64,000 nucleotides of DNA from an uncultured virus (IMG/VR IMGVR_UViG_3300008110_000016) (Duplodnaviria > Heunggongvirae > Uroviricota > Caudoviricetes): the IMG/VR virus record IMGVR_UViG_3300008110_000016. One strand, written 5' to 3'. Every line of letters begins with the position of its first letter. Positions within the stretch are counted from its first letter, which is position 1. Under the pieces are notes generated by a model, which saw only the letters and a list, made by a program, of their open reading frames with translations, ran no database searches and was not told where the DNA came from. The position numbers were made by a program, and so were the translations under genes. Below, piece after piece: positions 12,701 through 25,081 of the stretch.

Positions 12701-15700
12701 ATATAGCAAGAGCATTTAATGTTCTTGTTTATAACAGATTCTTTAAGAGCGGTCCAATTAAAGATTTAATGGAAGCAAAGAGGTTAAGACAGGCTAATTA
12801 TCAGTTTAATGAATGGGAAGTTCCCATGATTAAAGTTGACCTTGATCCTAAAGCTGTTATTGTCAATGGAGTATCGGTCACACTTGGCAATAACCTTGCA
12901 AAGCTTCAGTTACAAATGCAAGAAGAACCTACATATCAACACATTGGTGGTAGGGATTCTTATATGAATATTTCTATGACTGTTTTTGGTGAAAAAGAAT
13001 TAATAAAAATAAGAAAAATATTTGAACATATAAACGGCCTTGCCAGAATAGAACACTCTACTGGCGTTATAGGTTTTATGGGTATTAAAAATATAGTTTC
13101 AGGTTTAGCTGGCATTAAATATGTCATGCCACTCAGCTATGAAGTAAATACCATTCCAAATTTTCCACATGTTTACGACGTAAGAATGTCTCTTGTTGAT
13201 TTTGATATATTCCAGCAGCAAAGAGAGTCTATTTCCTCTAAACAACAAAGAGAGATGATAGAAACATTTGGGACTAAGAGGAATCCATTCTTAAGAATCA
13301 AACAACTATGGGGCGCTTTCAATGCCTACCCAGACTTCCCATTGTCAATTAAAGATGGTAATGGCGAAGTAGTAGGAAACCTAGATCCAGATTATTATTT
13401 TAGATCTTTCGAAATGTTTGACGATGACATCATAGAACATCTTGCTCCTGAACAAGAAAAGATAAAGTCTTTTACTGTCACGCCCAAAGAGCTTAACACT
13501 CAATCTACAACAGATCAACAAAAAAATACCAATAGAATATTAAATGAAATTAAAACTATGGTTCAAAACAACCAAGTTAAAGAGCTAAAGGTTTATTTTG
13601 ATAAAGAACAAATTGGAGTCCTTGAAGCATCTGCATATGTAGAAGGTGCAGTAAGAGAATTCTTTAAGGGACAAAATAAAAATCTGTTAATAGATTTCAT
13701 TAAAGAGTATCCAGATGTCGATGACAAAACAGCTGTATTTGGTTTGACCGCTGCTCTGGGTTCTGGAACCATTAAATTAAACACCGCTGTTGGAGACTTG
13801 TCCTATAGCGATTCAACTGCAACTCAGCAGATACAAAATATACTCGAAACAAAAGAACAAGTAGTTTCCGAAGACGGTTATTTAAGCATAGATCCAGATG
13901 AACTTACAATCCATCATACAATTACTTATGTTCCAGCAGAGGACAATCCTTCAGACGACAAGATGCCAGCTTTCTTGTTCCATGCAAATGGTTATCATTT
14001 AGGTTATGTAAGTAAGTCTAATAATAGATTTTATTTTACAGTTGATGGAGTAAGACCACAAAAGGCAAACTCTGGAGATGGAACAGATGGAAAGATTAGC
14101 TTTGTTCCTATCTCTGTTCCTTTTACAGACGCAGATGATCCAAGTAAGACTTACAAAAAGGGTGAAGGTAGTGCACACATATCCAGCCTTAAGGGTGCTG
14201 GATCAAACCTTGCAGACTTCAATGATCCATATTCTGGATCCTCAGGAGATTCACCAGAGGTAATGGCTACTTCTGCGGCAAATAGTAATGTAGCAAAACA
14301 CTGGGAAAGAATGCTTGTTGACACTAAGTATAGAGACTTGTCAGGAAGAATGATTAGAGCATTTCCTACATACATGCTGTGGCTTATAGACGAAGGTGGT
14401 TATTTCTCTGGCGTTAAACTATTTGACAACTTCTATGGACTACAATCAATTATAGACTTCTCTGTTGTTCAGTCAGAAGATATTTTAGGAGATACTCTTA
14501 TACTTAGAGTTTCTAATCTTTATTCTAAATTAACGACATCAGAATCAAGCCGCATCTTCGATGCAGAAGAAGAGTTTCAGAATGAACAGCTAACTCAGCT
14601 TGAAGGAATTGAGTCAGTACTTGACAAGGCGTTGAACAGATCTAGAAATATGTTGGCACATATGGAAAATACATATGTTGTCGATATCAATAGCATTAGA
14701 CTAAAGCCGGGAGTAAGAGTTCACTTAAGAGGTGGATACGGATCAAATCCAAACTCCCTGCAAACAATATTTAATGGAACTATTACATCTGTTGAGAACG
14801 GAGAAATAGTAACAATTACAGCGCAATCTGATGCTATTGAATTGAGTCCAATAGTTAACTCTACTAACAAAAAGGGTGACAGCGGAAAAATTGATGGTGG
14901 AATAAATACCGGATTTTGGTTATCTGAACCAAGAGACTTAATGGTAAGGCTTTTGACGATGGGTTCATCTAGAACTCGTGAGGCTATTGCTCATGCAACA
15001 AGAGGAAGAATATTCTCTGAGAATAAATTTGGCATTAGACACTTTGGTCAAATACTTTATGAACCACTTAATGATTTAGAAGCAGCTAAAAATGAAGCAG
15101 TAGTTTCTCAAGTGAAAGACAGTTTTGATTCATTAGGTGATGCAAGCGGAACCGCATGGGGAATGGGTTCTGCTATGGGTATTTTATCTTCAGGAACAAA
15201 TGAAGGTAGTGGAAGTTTCTTTGGAATTGGACCAGAAGTTAGAGTTCCAGGAATTTCTTTAATGAAAACCCTTTGGGCTAACTTTAGTTCACAAAGAGAT
15301 TTTGAAATATTTAAAAGAAATATATATCCAGGAAATGGAACTGGTATAGCTCAGTTCCTTGGAGGAGACCTTGGAGATGGATGGTCAACAGTTGCCAGTA
15401 TTACCCCAGAAGATAAGCCAAACGAAAGACTTAACTATATTGGCAGGGTTACCGATTACTCATGGAATGGATTGGTAGCAAGCAACAGTGTAGGAAACGC
15501 CGATGCAAAAAGCGTTATTGATGCACATGGTAAGCCAAACCAAATAAATAACAGTAATGGCTCTGCAGACTTCGCTAAAACTGCACTAACAGGAGCAATC
15601 GCCGCTGCAGGAATTGCCGTCACAGGAGGATTAGGTGCTCCAATTATCGGTGGAATTTTAACTGGTGGTGGACTACTCGGCGTATTAAGCGGAAGAGGTG

Positions 15701-18700
15701 GAACAAATCTATTTAATGCAATGGGTATTACTTCCGGCATGGACGACGACCTTCCTGGTCTTGATGAAGTATCATTTAGAGCACAGACATACATGAGAAC
15801 AGTTTGGGATCTCTTTCAAATGTGTGCAAGACTGCTTCCAAATTATATTGTTGCCATTAGACCATTTGAAGATAGATCAACTGTATTTTATGGAAAACCA
15901 CATTGGCTATATACATCTGGAGTTGTTCCATTGACTACTGGATATCCGGGAACAAAAAAGGCTGAAGAGCTTGGTATTTCTGCGCCAAAAGAAGTTGACG
16001 TTGATCAAATCCTTGAATCAACAATGCAAAAACTTAACGAGAGTTCAAATCCGTTAGCGGATTCTGCTGCTTTTAGTGATATGAATAGTTCTTTAATAAC
16101 AATTCAAGACGTAATGGGTCAGCAATTAACTACATCAGCAGGTGGCGTTTATATACCTGCTGATAAGCTTAAGGATGAAAATGGCAAGAGTAGAGTTATA
16201 GCTTTTGGTTATCAGTCAACAATGGAATACAGAGATGGTTCTGGTAATAAAGTTGCAAAACTTCCAGAATCTTTCGGTTTTGCTACAATCGGTTTTCACC
16301 TTCCAATAAGCTCAGAAGATGCAGTTGATGTTCCTCTTGATGAAAATCAAATAAAATCACATAAACAAATTGATCAACTTCCACTAAGATATAGATTCCC
16401 ATTCTTTACAGATAGAGAAGATAAGATTGTCCTTGAAGATTTTGCTTACTATGCGCTCGGAGATCAACTTGGTTCTTGGAACAACCACAATGCAGACTAT
16501 CTAAAGCTTGCAACTGATAAATGGTCTTACGGAGAAGGCGTAGGTGGAACGAAATCTGAAACAAAATGGATTCAACTTCTCAAGGTGGAAACAAGTAAGT
16601 ATGCCGGAATCTCTACCGTAGATGAAGGACTGCTTAAAAACCAAAATGGTTTACCTTTTGCAATGCACTTAAATTCATCAAACATACCTAGTTTCAAAGA
16701 TGCTGAAACTGAAGTCGCAGATTTGTATATATTCCAAGAAAAGTTAGGAAACTCTGTTTCTGGAACTCAACCAAATATAAGAATGCCATTGCCAGATAAT
16801 CCATCTTTAGTTAAAGGTGAGACTAAAGCCAACGTTTATGGTATTCTAAAAGGAAATCCAAGTTTTGATACAAACGCAGCTGCTTTAAGAGATTGGAAAG
16901 CGCCAAAAACTCCGGAAGACGAACAATTTTACATTGCCATGAGATGGCCATATGAACCATCAAGTTCTTTTAGTGAAAATAGCGTGGAGCAGTTCATACA
17001 AAACAATGGAGGTTACACACCAGTAGGAAATGCAAAGTCTTACCAGGAAAGAAAAGTTATGGTTTACAGCCCAACTACTGGTAAAGCTGTAGTTTGCAGG
17101 CCTGCTTATTATCTTTGGGGTAAAGATACTGTTAGTATAATTAAACCTTACGATAATACAGTTGAAACCCCCAACGGAACCACAACTTTTTCTACTGATA
17201 GATATGGAAATACAGTTAATCCTGCATTGGAAACCGGATCACACTGGGGCGTAGGTGGACATAATGCCCTTCAGCTTGGGGATGAAGTAAAACTTAGCGC
17301 ACTTGTTTCACCAGATGCAGCCTATTACCTTGGGATGATGAATCTCACCCCTGCTGAAAAAACAGTATGGTCTGATGGAAGATATTCAAAAAATGAAGAC
17401 GACTGGAATAACGCTGAAGCAGCAGTAAAAGCATCTGCCGCAGCAGGTGTAGCACCTTTCCCTGTTCCTAGAAAATGTTACTATGCGTTTGTTCCAGATG
17501 ACATGCCACTAGGAGTAGTCCCAGATGCAGTGCTTCCTGTAGATGAGTTTGCTCCTCCTGGTCAAGAAAATCTTCTTGATTTTAATTCAAATAAAAAAAT
17601 AATATCTTTTGGATTATTTAAGAATAAGAGATTAACTCAACAAAATCCATCATATAATTCGACTGGTTCTTCTGATGAGAATTTCTTTGAGTTTCAATTA
17701 GCAGATTCAGTAAAAATAGAAGATTCTTTAAGCGCCTACGGCAGATTAGAGATAGCTGGCAACCCTCTTGGTGAAGGTGGATTGTATGGCCCTGGTTCAG
17801 GAGACTATTTTGACATGGTCAAAAACGGTGACTGGAAAGCTATTGATGACCTAAAGAAGGTATTAGAAGACGAAAAGAAAGATAGATCAAGCTTTGCCGG
17901 CAAACGATTTACAGAAGTATTTAATGAACTTGAGCCTAAATCTGTAGAAGCTAGAAATTATTATGACGAAGACTATGCTCCTAGTATTTCAGTTATAGCT
18001 GGAAACGGAAGAACGCTTCAGCAAGCAATAGAAATATGGGATCAATTTAGAGCCGGATACCATACTTACTCTAATGTTAAAGAAGCCTTCCAAAGAGCTT
18101 ACGGACTACCTGCCGATGGTCCAGAAAGCGAAATTGAGCTTGGAGAATTTTTGAGAGGTGGATTTGATCTTAGTTCTAGACTAGGAGATAAGGGTGTTAC
18201 TTCTGGAAATCAAAGTGCTAGAAAATATATAGAAGATTTAGAAAAGCGATACGCAACCCAAGATTCTGACACTCAAGAAGCAGCAGAAGCAACAAGAAAT
18301 AATATTAATAATGTTTTTAGAAACTACTCAGAATCTGGTGGAACAGCAGAAGATGAATTTTCATTAGTATTTGGTGACTCTTTCTTCAGTGGACCAGATT
18401 GGGTTAAAGAAGAAAACGGAATTGCTCAATCAGCTGTCAAAATCAATTCAGAAAAAATTAGACAGGGATTAGAAAAAGCAAGAGAGAATTTTATTGACAA
18501 CCCTGATTCATCAAGTGGTCTCATTAGTTATTTTAACGAATTATTAAATGATAAAATGGATAATATTTTATCAATAATAGAAGGCTCACTAGCCGCATCA
18601 GGAATAACTGACCAATCTAAGAAAGATGAATACATAGCATCTATAAAAACTCCAAGACAGTTATTCTTATTTATGGTTGGAGCTTTTAGAAATAGAATGT

Positions 18701-21669
18701 GGCAAGATCCTTATGCAAGAGCATGGTTAGTTTTAAAGCCAAATAGAAAGCTAGTTGGCGATGACAAGTGGGACTTTAATCCTGTGTTAAAAATTTTCCA
18801 AGCATACATAGATCCAAATGAGGATTACGCAAAAACTCCTGCAAAATTTACAAAACTTCTTGCTCAAAATAGATCAGAAGGCAGCAGTGCTACAAACATA
18901 GTTGGAAAATGGGCAGAAGATGTTGGTGGTTTCTGGGACAAGAATATAGGTCCACTCTTTACTGCGCTTGGAGACTCCTTAAGTGGTCTGGTCAATTTAT
19001 TTAGAATGTCAATGATGCAACTTGGTTATGGTCTATCTCAGGTTGGACAGATGTCAAAGCAAGCAAATATTCTAAACAAAGTTCTTAATGACTCAATATA
19101 TTACTCGTTGGGAAGACCAGGCTCTCTTTTAAGAGCAGTTGACAATCCATTCACAAGAGAGTACGCAGAGCCTGTTATTGAAGTCAGACAGCCTTTCCAA
19201 AGAATTCACTATTTAAGCTCTTTCTCTCATATTCTTTCAAATGGAATAACAGAAAATTTAAATGGAGTAGCAACCATGGTCACCGCTGTTTCTGACGGAA
19301 AGTATCCAGTTACAGTAGCAATGGACAAATCAGCTCCTGCAGAAAGGCAAGTGGAAAAAACAGTTGAAACTGGACTGTTCTTTGACAATGCTACGGGATC
19401 TGGTTTATTCGGAGCCTTGCATCCAATACTTCATCCTTTTGAATTTGCTAGAGGAATTTCAAAGTTTGCGCAAGGAACACCAGATGAAATGCTTGCAAGA
19501 AGAGTTGCTTTAGCTCACCTTAAGGAATCTCTCAAAGATATATATACAGGTGAAATCTTAATTATAGGTAATGCCGACATAAGGCCACATGACATCGTAT
19601 ATCTTGCTGACGTTTACGAAAGAATGTACGGCATGTTTGAGGTTGAGCAAGTTGTACATCATTTTACTTCAGAGCTTGGATTTGTTACATCAATAACTCC
19701 AAATGCCTTAGTTACTGTTAATGACCCAGCTAAATGGTTTATGTCATCATGGGTTGGCACATGGATGCATATGCAGGCTCTAAGAAACGATACAAGGCTA
19801 TATATGAGCTCTCTTGGCTCTGGAGTTAACGCAATGGAACAAATGAGCGTAGATGGCTTAGCTGATTCTTTGCAAACTCAAATGGTTGGCGGTATTCAAT
19901 TTACCCATGGAGCATCTGCCTTAACAAAAGATATCATGGCACACTTTACCTCTGAGGGAGTAAATGATATCAACGCTCAGGTTAAGGGTCTGGTAGCACA
20001 AGGATCCGCTGCTGCTTCTGGACAAATAGCACTTGGTGGAATGGGGGCAATGTTTGCCGGAGCAACGGCACTAGGAGCCACTGCAGCCACAATAGCATCT
20101 TTTGCTGTTCCAGGAGCTGGATTATTAGTTAAGGGACTATCTGCTGGCTTAGGAGCAGGAGCTGGTGGAAAACTGGCATGGAAGGGCTGGAGTTGGATAA
20201 GAGACAACGTATTAGACCAACATGGCTGTTACATCCAATATCTCAATAGAAATGGCAAGGCTATGGACGCAGGGCTTGGCCTAAGTGGTCAGGGCATGGT
20301 GGTTGGAAGATATCATACAAAGAAACTTCTTCCTGGAATATTGGGTGTTCAATCTAAGATAAGAACAGCAGAAGGTTATTCTTATATTAGAACTAACGAT
20401 TTGCTTTCTAAGTTGGGCTGGAAAGAAAAAGAAATTAATGATTTAGTTAGATACATAGACTTTGAAAACGCTCTAGTTAATTCACAGGTTCTTAGATACT
20501 CTGGAATAGGCCCAGAAAAAGCTGGACTAAATAGATACTTTAAAGTTATATGTAAAGTTGAAGAAGTTATAGACGGTGACACAATAGATGTTGTAGACCT
20601 TCTTGATACTTCAGGAAAAAAATTCAGAATAAGATTTGATGGAATTAACACTCCTGAAATTAATGTTATTAAAACAGATATAAACGTATCTGGAAAAATT
20701 GCAAGCATCACAAATGTATCAATCCTTAACGGAAAAGCTACAATAACAACAGAATCTGATCATGGATTTTTGATTGACGAAGTTTCTGTACTAAATATTC
20801 AAAATCCAGGTAATATCTATCTACTAAACGGTTCACACAAGATAGAAGCAGTACCTAGTTCAAACTCATTTGTCATAGCAACAACTCTACCTAATAGTAC
20901 GAATGCTAAAACTGGTGTTGCTAGAGTTTATGTAAACACTTCTGGAGAGTATATAAATTCTTCTTCACCTGGTGGAAAAGCAAAAATGTTTACTATAAAC
21001 GCCCTTAAAGATAAGATTTTTGTTTTAAGAATATCTCCAGAAAATGTAACAGGATCTTTTACTGAGCAAGATTTTGAGGCTGGTTCAACAAGGTCTTTAG
21101 AAAGAAAAATGATAAACGGCAGTCCTGTTCCAGCTTATTATGATAAAGACGTTTTTGGAGAAAGAGTTCTTGGAGTAGTCTTTTATAAGACCGCAGAACA
21201 GTCTATTGAAACAATAGTAAGAGAGGCTAATTTCCTATTTGATAAGTATAAGAAAGCATCTCAGTCAGATCTTTTGTCTCAGCTCGCCTCAAGTTTTTCT
21301 CCTGGAGTTTTTGCGGACAGATATTCTGACCTTTTGGATAAAGCAAAAGTTATCAATAAAGTTGACTACTTCTCTGATTACGCAAGTGCTTCTATACAAA
21401 ATATATCAGCAGATTTAAAAAAGACATATAACGCTTATGTTTCTCTGAGAGTAGTCCAATATATATATGAAAGAGTTTCGGAATGGCCTAATGTTGAATG
21501 GGATGAGTACTATGATGATGGTACGCCAGTTTCTTTAAATTATGAGTTAATTGTTAACGGCCTTGCAAAAGTTTATACAAAAGGTCTGTTGATAGAGCAG
21601 CCTTCTGTAATAGACTCGTATGAAAACGCAGGTCTACCAACTCAGGTTACGGTAAATAGGAGCAATTAA
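9753..21669 (+). CDS. Giant baseplate-hub-like protein (~3971 aa with a +1 shift at 10041) with a C-terminal thermonuclease (SNase) domain
   Basis: Hub-like segments RLKPGVRVHLRGGYGSNP..IFNGTITSV..VTITAQSDAIEL and YTGEILIIGNADIRPHDIVYL..GMFEVEQVVHHFT..GFVTSITP. SNase motifs VIDGDTIDV, RIRFDGINTPE, DVFGERVLG and LNYELIVNGLAKV. Confidence 0.7.
10041..10044 (+). other. +1 frame-change site CGG-A
   Basis: AAT TAC CGG AGG TGG AAG AGG TGG TGA; skipping the C gives GGA GGT GGA AGA..., open to ATG 10210. Confidence 0.75.
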
Positions 21670-21670
21670 A

Positions 21671-23699
21671 ATGCCTGATTTTAATTATAATATAGATGAC
21701 CTTTCTGACACTTCCGCTTTAGCAAGTAAAACCTCTTCTGCATTCTATCCTTCTGGAGAACCATTAAAGACTAGCTATTCTGTTTCTGGAGATGTCAATA
21801 GAACGCTAACACAAAGAGATATTCAAGGGGTTCTCTCGCGGAGATGCTCTCTATAGGTCTCCTAATTTTGCTCTGCAGATATCAAACCAAAATGCTCAAT
21901 CAAGTATAAACTCAATACTTTCCTCTATCGGTGGACCAGATGCCAATAATCTAGAGATACAGGATCCTAATAGTCAAAACGAAAATGCAACACTAAAAGG
22001 ATCTGCTGCAGCAAAAATGATTGTTTCAAAAACTTCATTAGGTAAAAAATCTTTGTCTTTTGGTACAAGAGACTTTATATCTGAATTAGAAAACTCAATA
22101 ACTCAAGGGTCTGGAACAACAGGCGATAATCATCAAGATACTGAGAACTTTACTTTTGATCCAACAAAAGGTGGTCAATCTGAAGTAAGAGTTATAACTA
22201 TCAAGGAAGCTCTTTCAAATGAAGAAGCAAAAGTGTATGATGAAAAAATTAAAGAGATAAGAGATAAGGGAATAGTTACAAGTAAACATGTTCCTTATGT
22301 TGCTAACTTTCCTCAAACAAACGTAAGCCTAAAAGCCACTGCAGCAAGAGATCTTCCTAGTTATGTTTCTCAACCTGATTTTAATTTTGCTAAATTTAAT
22401 GGACAAACTGTTCTTCCATGCGCATCTTTAATGGAACTTTTATTAGTTCTTGATTCTAAGATAGTTATCAAAGGAGACTTTTCTTTAGATAGAGGAGCTT
22501 TAATATCGGGTGGAAAAGCAGTTGTAGAAAATGCAACACTTAACGACCATAGTACTGGTAGAGGCATAGACATAGGAAAAATTGGACCAAACGATTCAGA
22601 AATATATTCAACTTGGGCTAAAAATATTGACATTAATAGAAAAGCTTTTTTGCTTCTTTTAGATACATTAAATGCAATTGATGAATCAATTCTTCCTGAC
22701 TTAATAGTTTTTGATGATAGATTAGCTACTGAATTTGGGATGGTCACAGGAAAATTTGATATAGACAATAGGGAAGTGAACCTTAATGGAATCTTGCAGA
22801 AGCAGTATCCAAAATTAAGAAAGATTAATTTTCATCCAGACAGTGGGCACCAAGACCATTTTCATATAGCTTTTTCTCCACAAAGAGCCGGAACATACCA
22901 AGACTATGTTGACTATGATTATTCTTCAAGCGGATCCTCTACAGATTTTGACGGAGTAGCCACAGGAGAATCTACAGCGACTTCTGAAATATTTAGAAGC
23001 TATATAAATAGTAATGAAAAAATAAAAAATAGAAATGCACTTTATAAAGCGTTGATTGACTATGGTGGATTTAGGCCAGAAAGTGCAGCAATATTTATGA
23101 TGATTGCAGAAAGAGAATCTAATATAGGTGCAGATTCATTTAACGGTAATATAGGTACTCGTGATTACTCTATAGGTTTATGGCAAACTAATTTTTATGG
23201 AGTTTCAGCTTTTATAGAAAGAGACATAGAAATTCCAGTAGGTACACCTGGTGGAATTACTAAAAAGAAATACAAGGCATATAAGCTTTTGTTTAAGGAT
23301 CACGATAAATTTAGTCCAAAAATTGTTGGAAAAGATACAGCTATAGCAAAAATGGAAGAGCTTACAACTAAAGGTAAGGCTTATTCTGACCCAATCTTAT
23401 GGACACCGATTGCACAGATAGCTGTTTTGAAGATGCAAGTTCAAAATTATATTAACAATAAAGGTTTAAACAGAAGGGGCTGGTATTATTCGCCTTGGGG
23501 GGAATATGGCGGCGGACCTGAGTATGGCTGGATTACTAAATTAAAGTTTAAAACAGCAGTAGAATTTTATGTAAAGAATAATCCAGGAAAAACAGAAGAA
23601 GATTTAAAAAAACACTGTCGACCATTTATTGAAAATATGGAAAATACAGCAGGAAAGACGGTTTATAATCAGTGGCTTAACGGGCAGGTGTTTGGATGA
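21671..23699 (+). CDS. Tail-associated peptidoglycan hydrolase: M15-like Zn peptidase plus lysozyme/SLT-like domain (~675 aa with a +1 shift at 21839)
   Basis: HSTGRGID (H-x6-D) and HQDHFH match LAS/M15-type metallopeptidases. AIFMMIAERES...DYSIGLWQTN resembles a lytic-transglycosylase catalytic helix and GLxQ motif. Located between hub and spike genes. Confidence 0.65.
21839..21842 (+). other. +1 frame-change site CGG-A
   Basis: CTC TCG CGG AGA TGC TCT CTA TAG; skipping the C gives GGA GAT GCT CTC TAT..., open to ATG 22017. Confidence 0.75.
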
Positions 23700-24053
23700 T
23701 ATACCCTAAATTTGACCAAAAAATAAATGATCAAATTCAATCTTCAAGGATGCAACAAGCCAAAACTAGAATGGCAACAGTTGCTTCTTATGATAAAATT
23801 AAAAATACTTTAACTCTAATTATGGAGTCACAGTATTCTGATACAATTGGAAACATAGTTGGAGATGTCCCATGTCCAAATATATATCGGAATTCAAACA
23901 GTTGCCCCAGAGCCTGGTGATAGATGTATAGTTGGTTTTAGTGACGAAAATGAAAGATATCCTTTTGTAATTAATTTTGTTAATGACTACGCTAATGAAA
24001 AGCTTTTAAATAATGGAATAGCAAATACTGGAATACCAAGGTATATGATTTAA
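23696..24053 (+). CDS. Baseplate spike/assembly (gpV/gp5 OB-fold-like) protein, ~118 aa with a +1 shift at 23888
   Basis: The joined sequence RMATVASYD..NTLTLIM..DVPCPNIY-G-IQTVAPEPGDRCIVGF fits the P-x-x-GD-x-V-x-V-x-F pattern of spike OB domains. ATGA overlap with the upstream gene. Confidence 0.6.
23888..23891 (+). other. +1 frame-change site CGG-A
   Basis: ATA TAT CGG AAT TCA; skipping the C gives GGA ATT CAA ACA GTT GCC CCA GAG CCT GGT GAT. Confidence 0.75.
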
Positions 24054-24054
24054 T

Positions 24055-24708
24055 ATGGTAAATAAAAAAATCCTCGAAAATGACGTAACTAAAAATATAG
24101 ACAACTTTAATGAAGCTGAAGAGTTGCGTAAAAGAAATACTTTCTCAAGAAGAGAGGTCGGCCTAACACACCCCGACACAAGTGCCTTTGTGAGACTGAA
24201 CGACAGAGGCGAAGTTGAGATATTTGCTGGAGAAGAGCTTGGTATTATAATTAGCCCTTCAAGCAGGTCGATATCCATATTTGCTGACGTGGTTAAAATT
24301 GTTACAAAAGAAGACTATGGATTAAGATGGAATAATATGAGTTTTAATTATTCTGGAGATACATTCAATGAGCCATCTTTAGTTAAAACCAATGAAAAAG
24401 AGATTAACTCTGGATTTAATTACGCTAATTATTATCTAGAAGCACTTACTGATCTTGAGGTTTTGGAGAAAGAAACTAATGTTGTTACTATTAGTGGGGA
24501 GTACGGGTTTTCGAAAAATCCAGTCGATTCAGAGTCAAACTCAATAACTATGGTTTCTGGAAAGATATCTGAAGAAGATTACGCTCTTTTAAAGGAATAT
24601 AGTTTTACTAATTCTCAAGAAAAAGTAGATTATATGAAAAAGCTTCTTGAGTCTGGTTTTACATTTAATCAAGCTAGGGAAAAGACAATGAGGGACAAGG
24701 GTGTCTGA
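24055..24708 (+). CDS. Baseplate-region hypothetical protein (possible spike beta-strand portion)
   Basis: 217 aa with beta-rich AFVRLNDRGEVEIFAGEELGIIISP; lies between the spike-like and gp25-like genes. Confidence 0.5.
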   Translation: MVNKKILENDVTKNIDNFNEAEELRKRNTFSRREVGLTHPDTSAFVRLNDRGEVEIFAGEELGIIISPSSRSISIFADVVKIVTKEDYGLRWNNMSFNYSGDTFNEPSLVKTNEKEINSGFNYANYYLEALTDLEVLEKETNVVTISGEYGFSKNPVDSESNSITMVSGKISEEDYALLKEYSFTNSQEKVDYMKKLLESGFTFNQAREKTMRDKGV

Positions 24709-25081
24709 TCTATTTTTAACGCTAGATGGCGATCTAATGATGAATGGCAATAAAGATATAGCCAAAGTAAACTCCGCTGTACAAAATGACATTCAACAAG
24801 TTTATATTAGATTAATGACTGAACCAGGAGACTTTCATGCATATCCTAGTTTAGGAGTAGACCTTTCAGTTCTCTACGGCATGCCGCAAACAAAATCAAC
24901 TGGCGATACAGGTAGGATGCTAATCCTATCTGCTATGGAACGAGAGGGAGTTTTTAAAGGTAAGAATGTTACCATAGAAGCTGTCCCAACTGGTCCTGAT
25001 ACAATTAGATTCGATGTTCACGTACAATCTGGTGCATCTAATCCAGTGACATTAAGCATTAAGCAGAATCTAGGAGCATAA
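24701..25081 (+). CDS. Baseplate wedge subunit, gp25/gpW-like
   Basis: 126 aa; DGDL..DI...IQQVYIRLMTEPGD...YPSLGVDL pattern; directly upstream of the baseplate-J-like gene. Confidence 0.75.
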   Translation: MSDLFLTLDGDLMMNGNKDIAKVNSAVQNDIQQVYIRLMTEPGDFHAYPSLGVDLSVLYGMPQTKSTGDTGRMLILSAMEREGVFKGKNVTIEAVPTGPDTIRFDVHVQSGASNPVTLSIKQNLGA

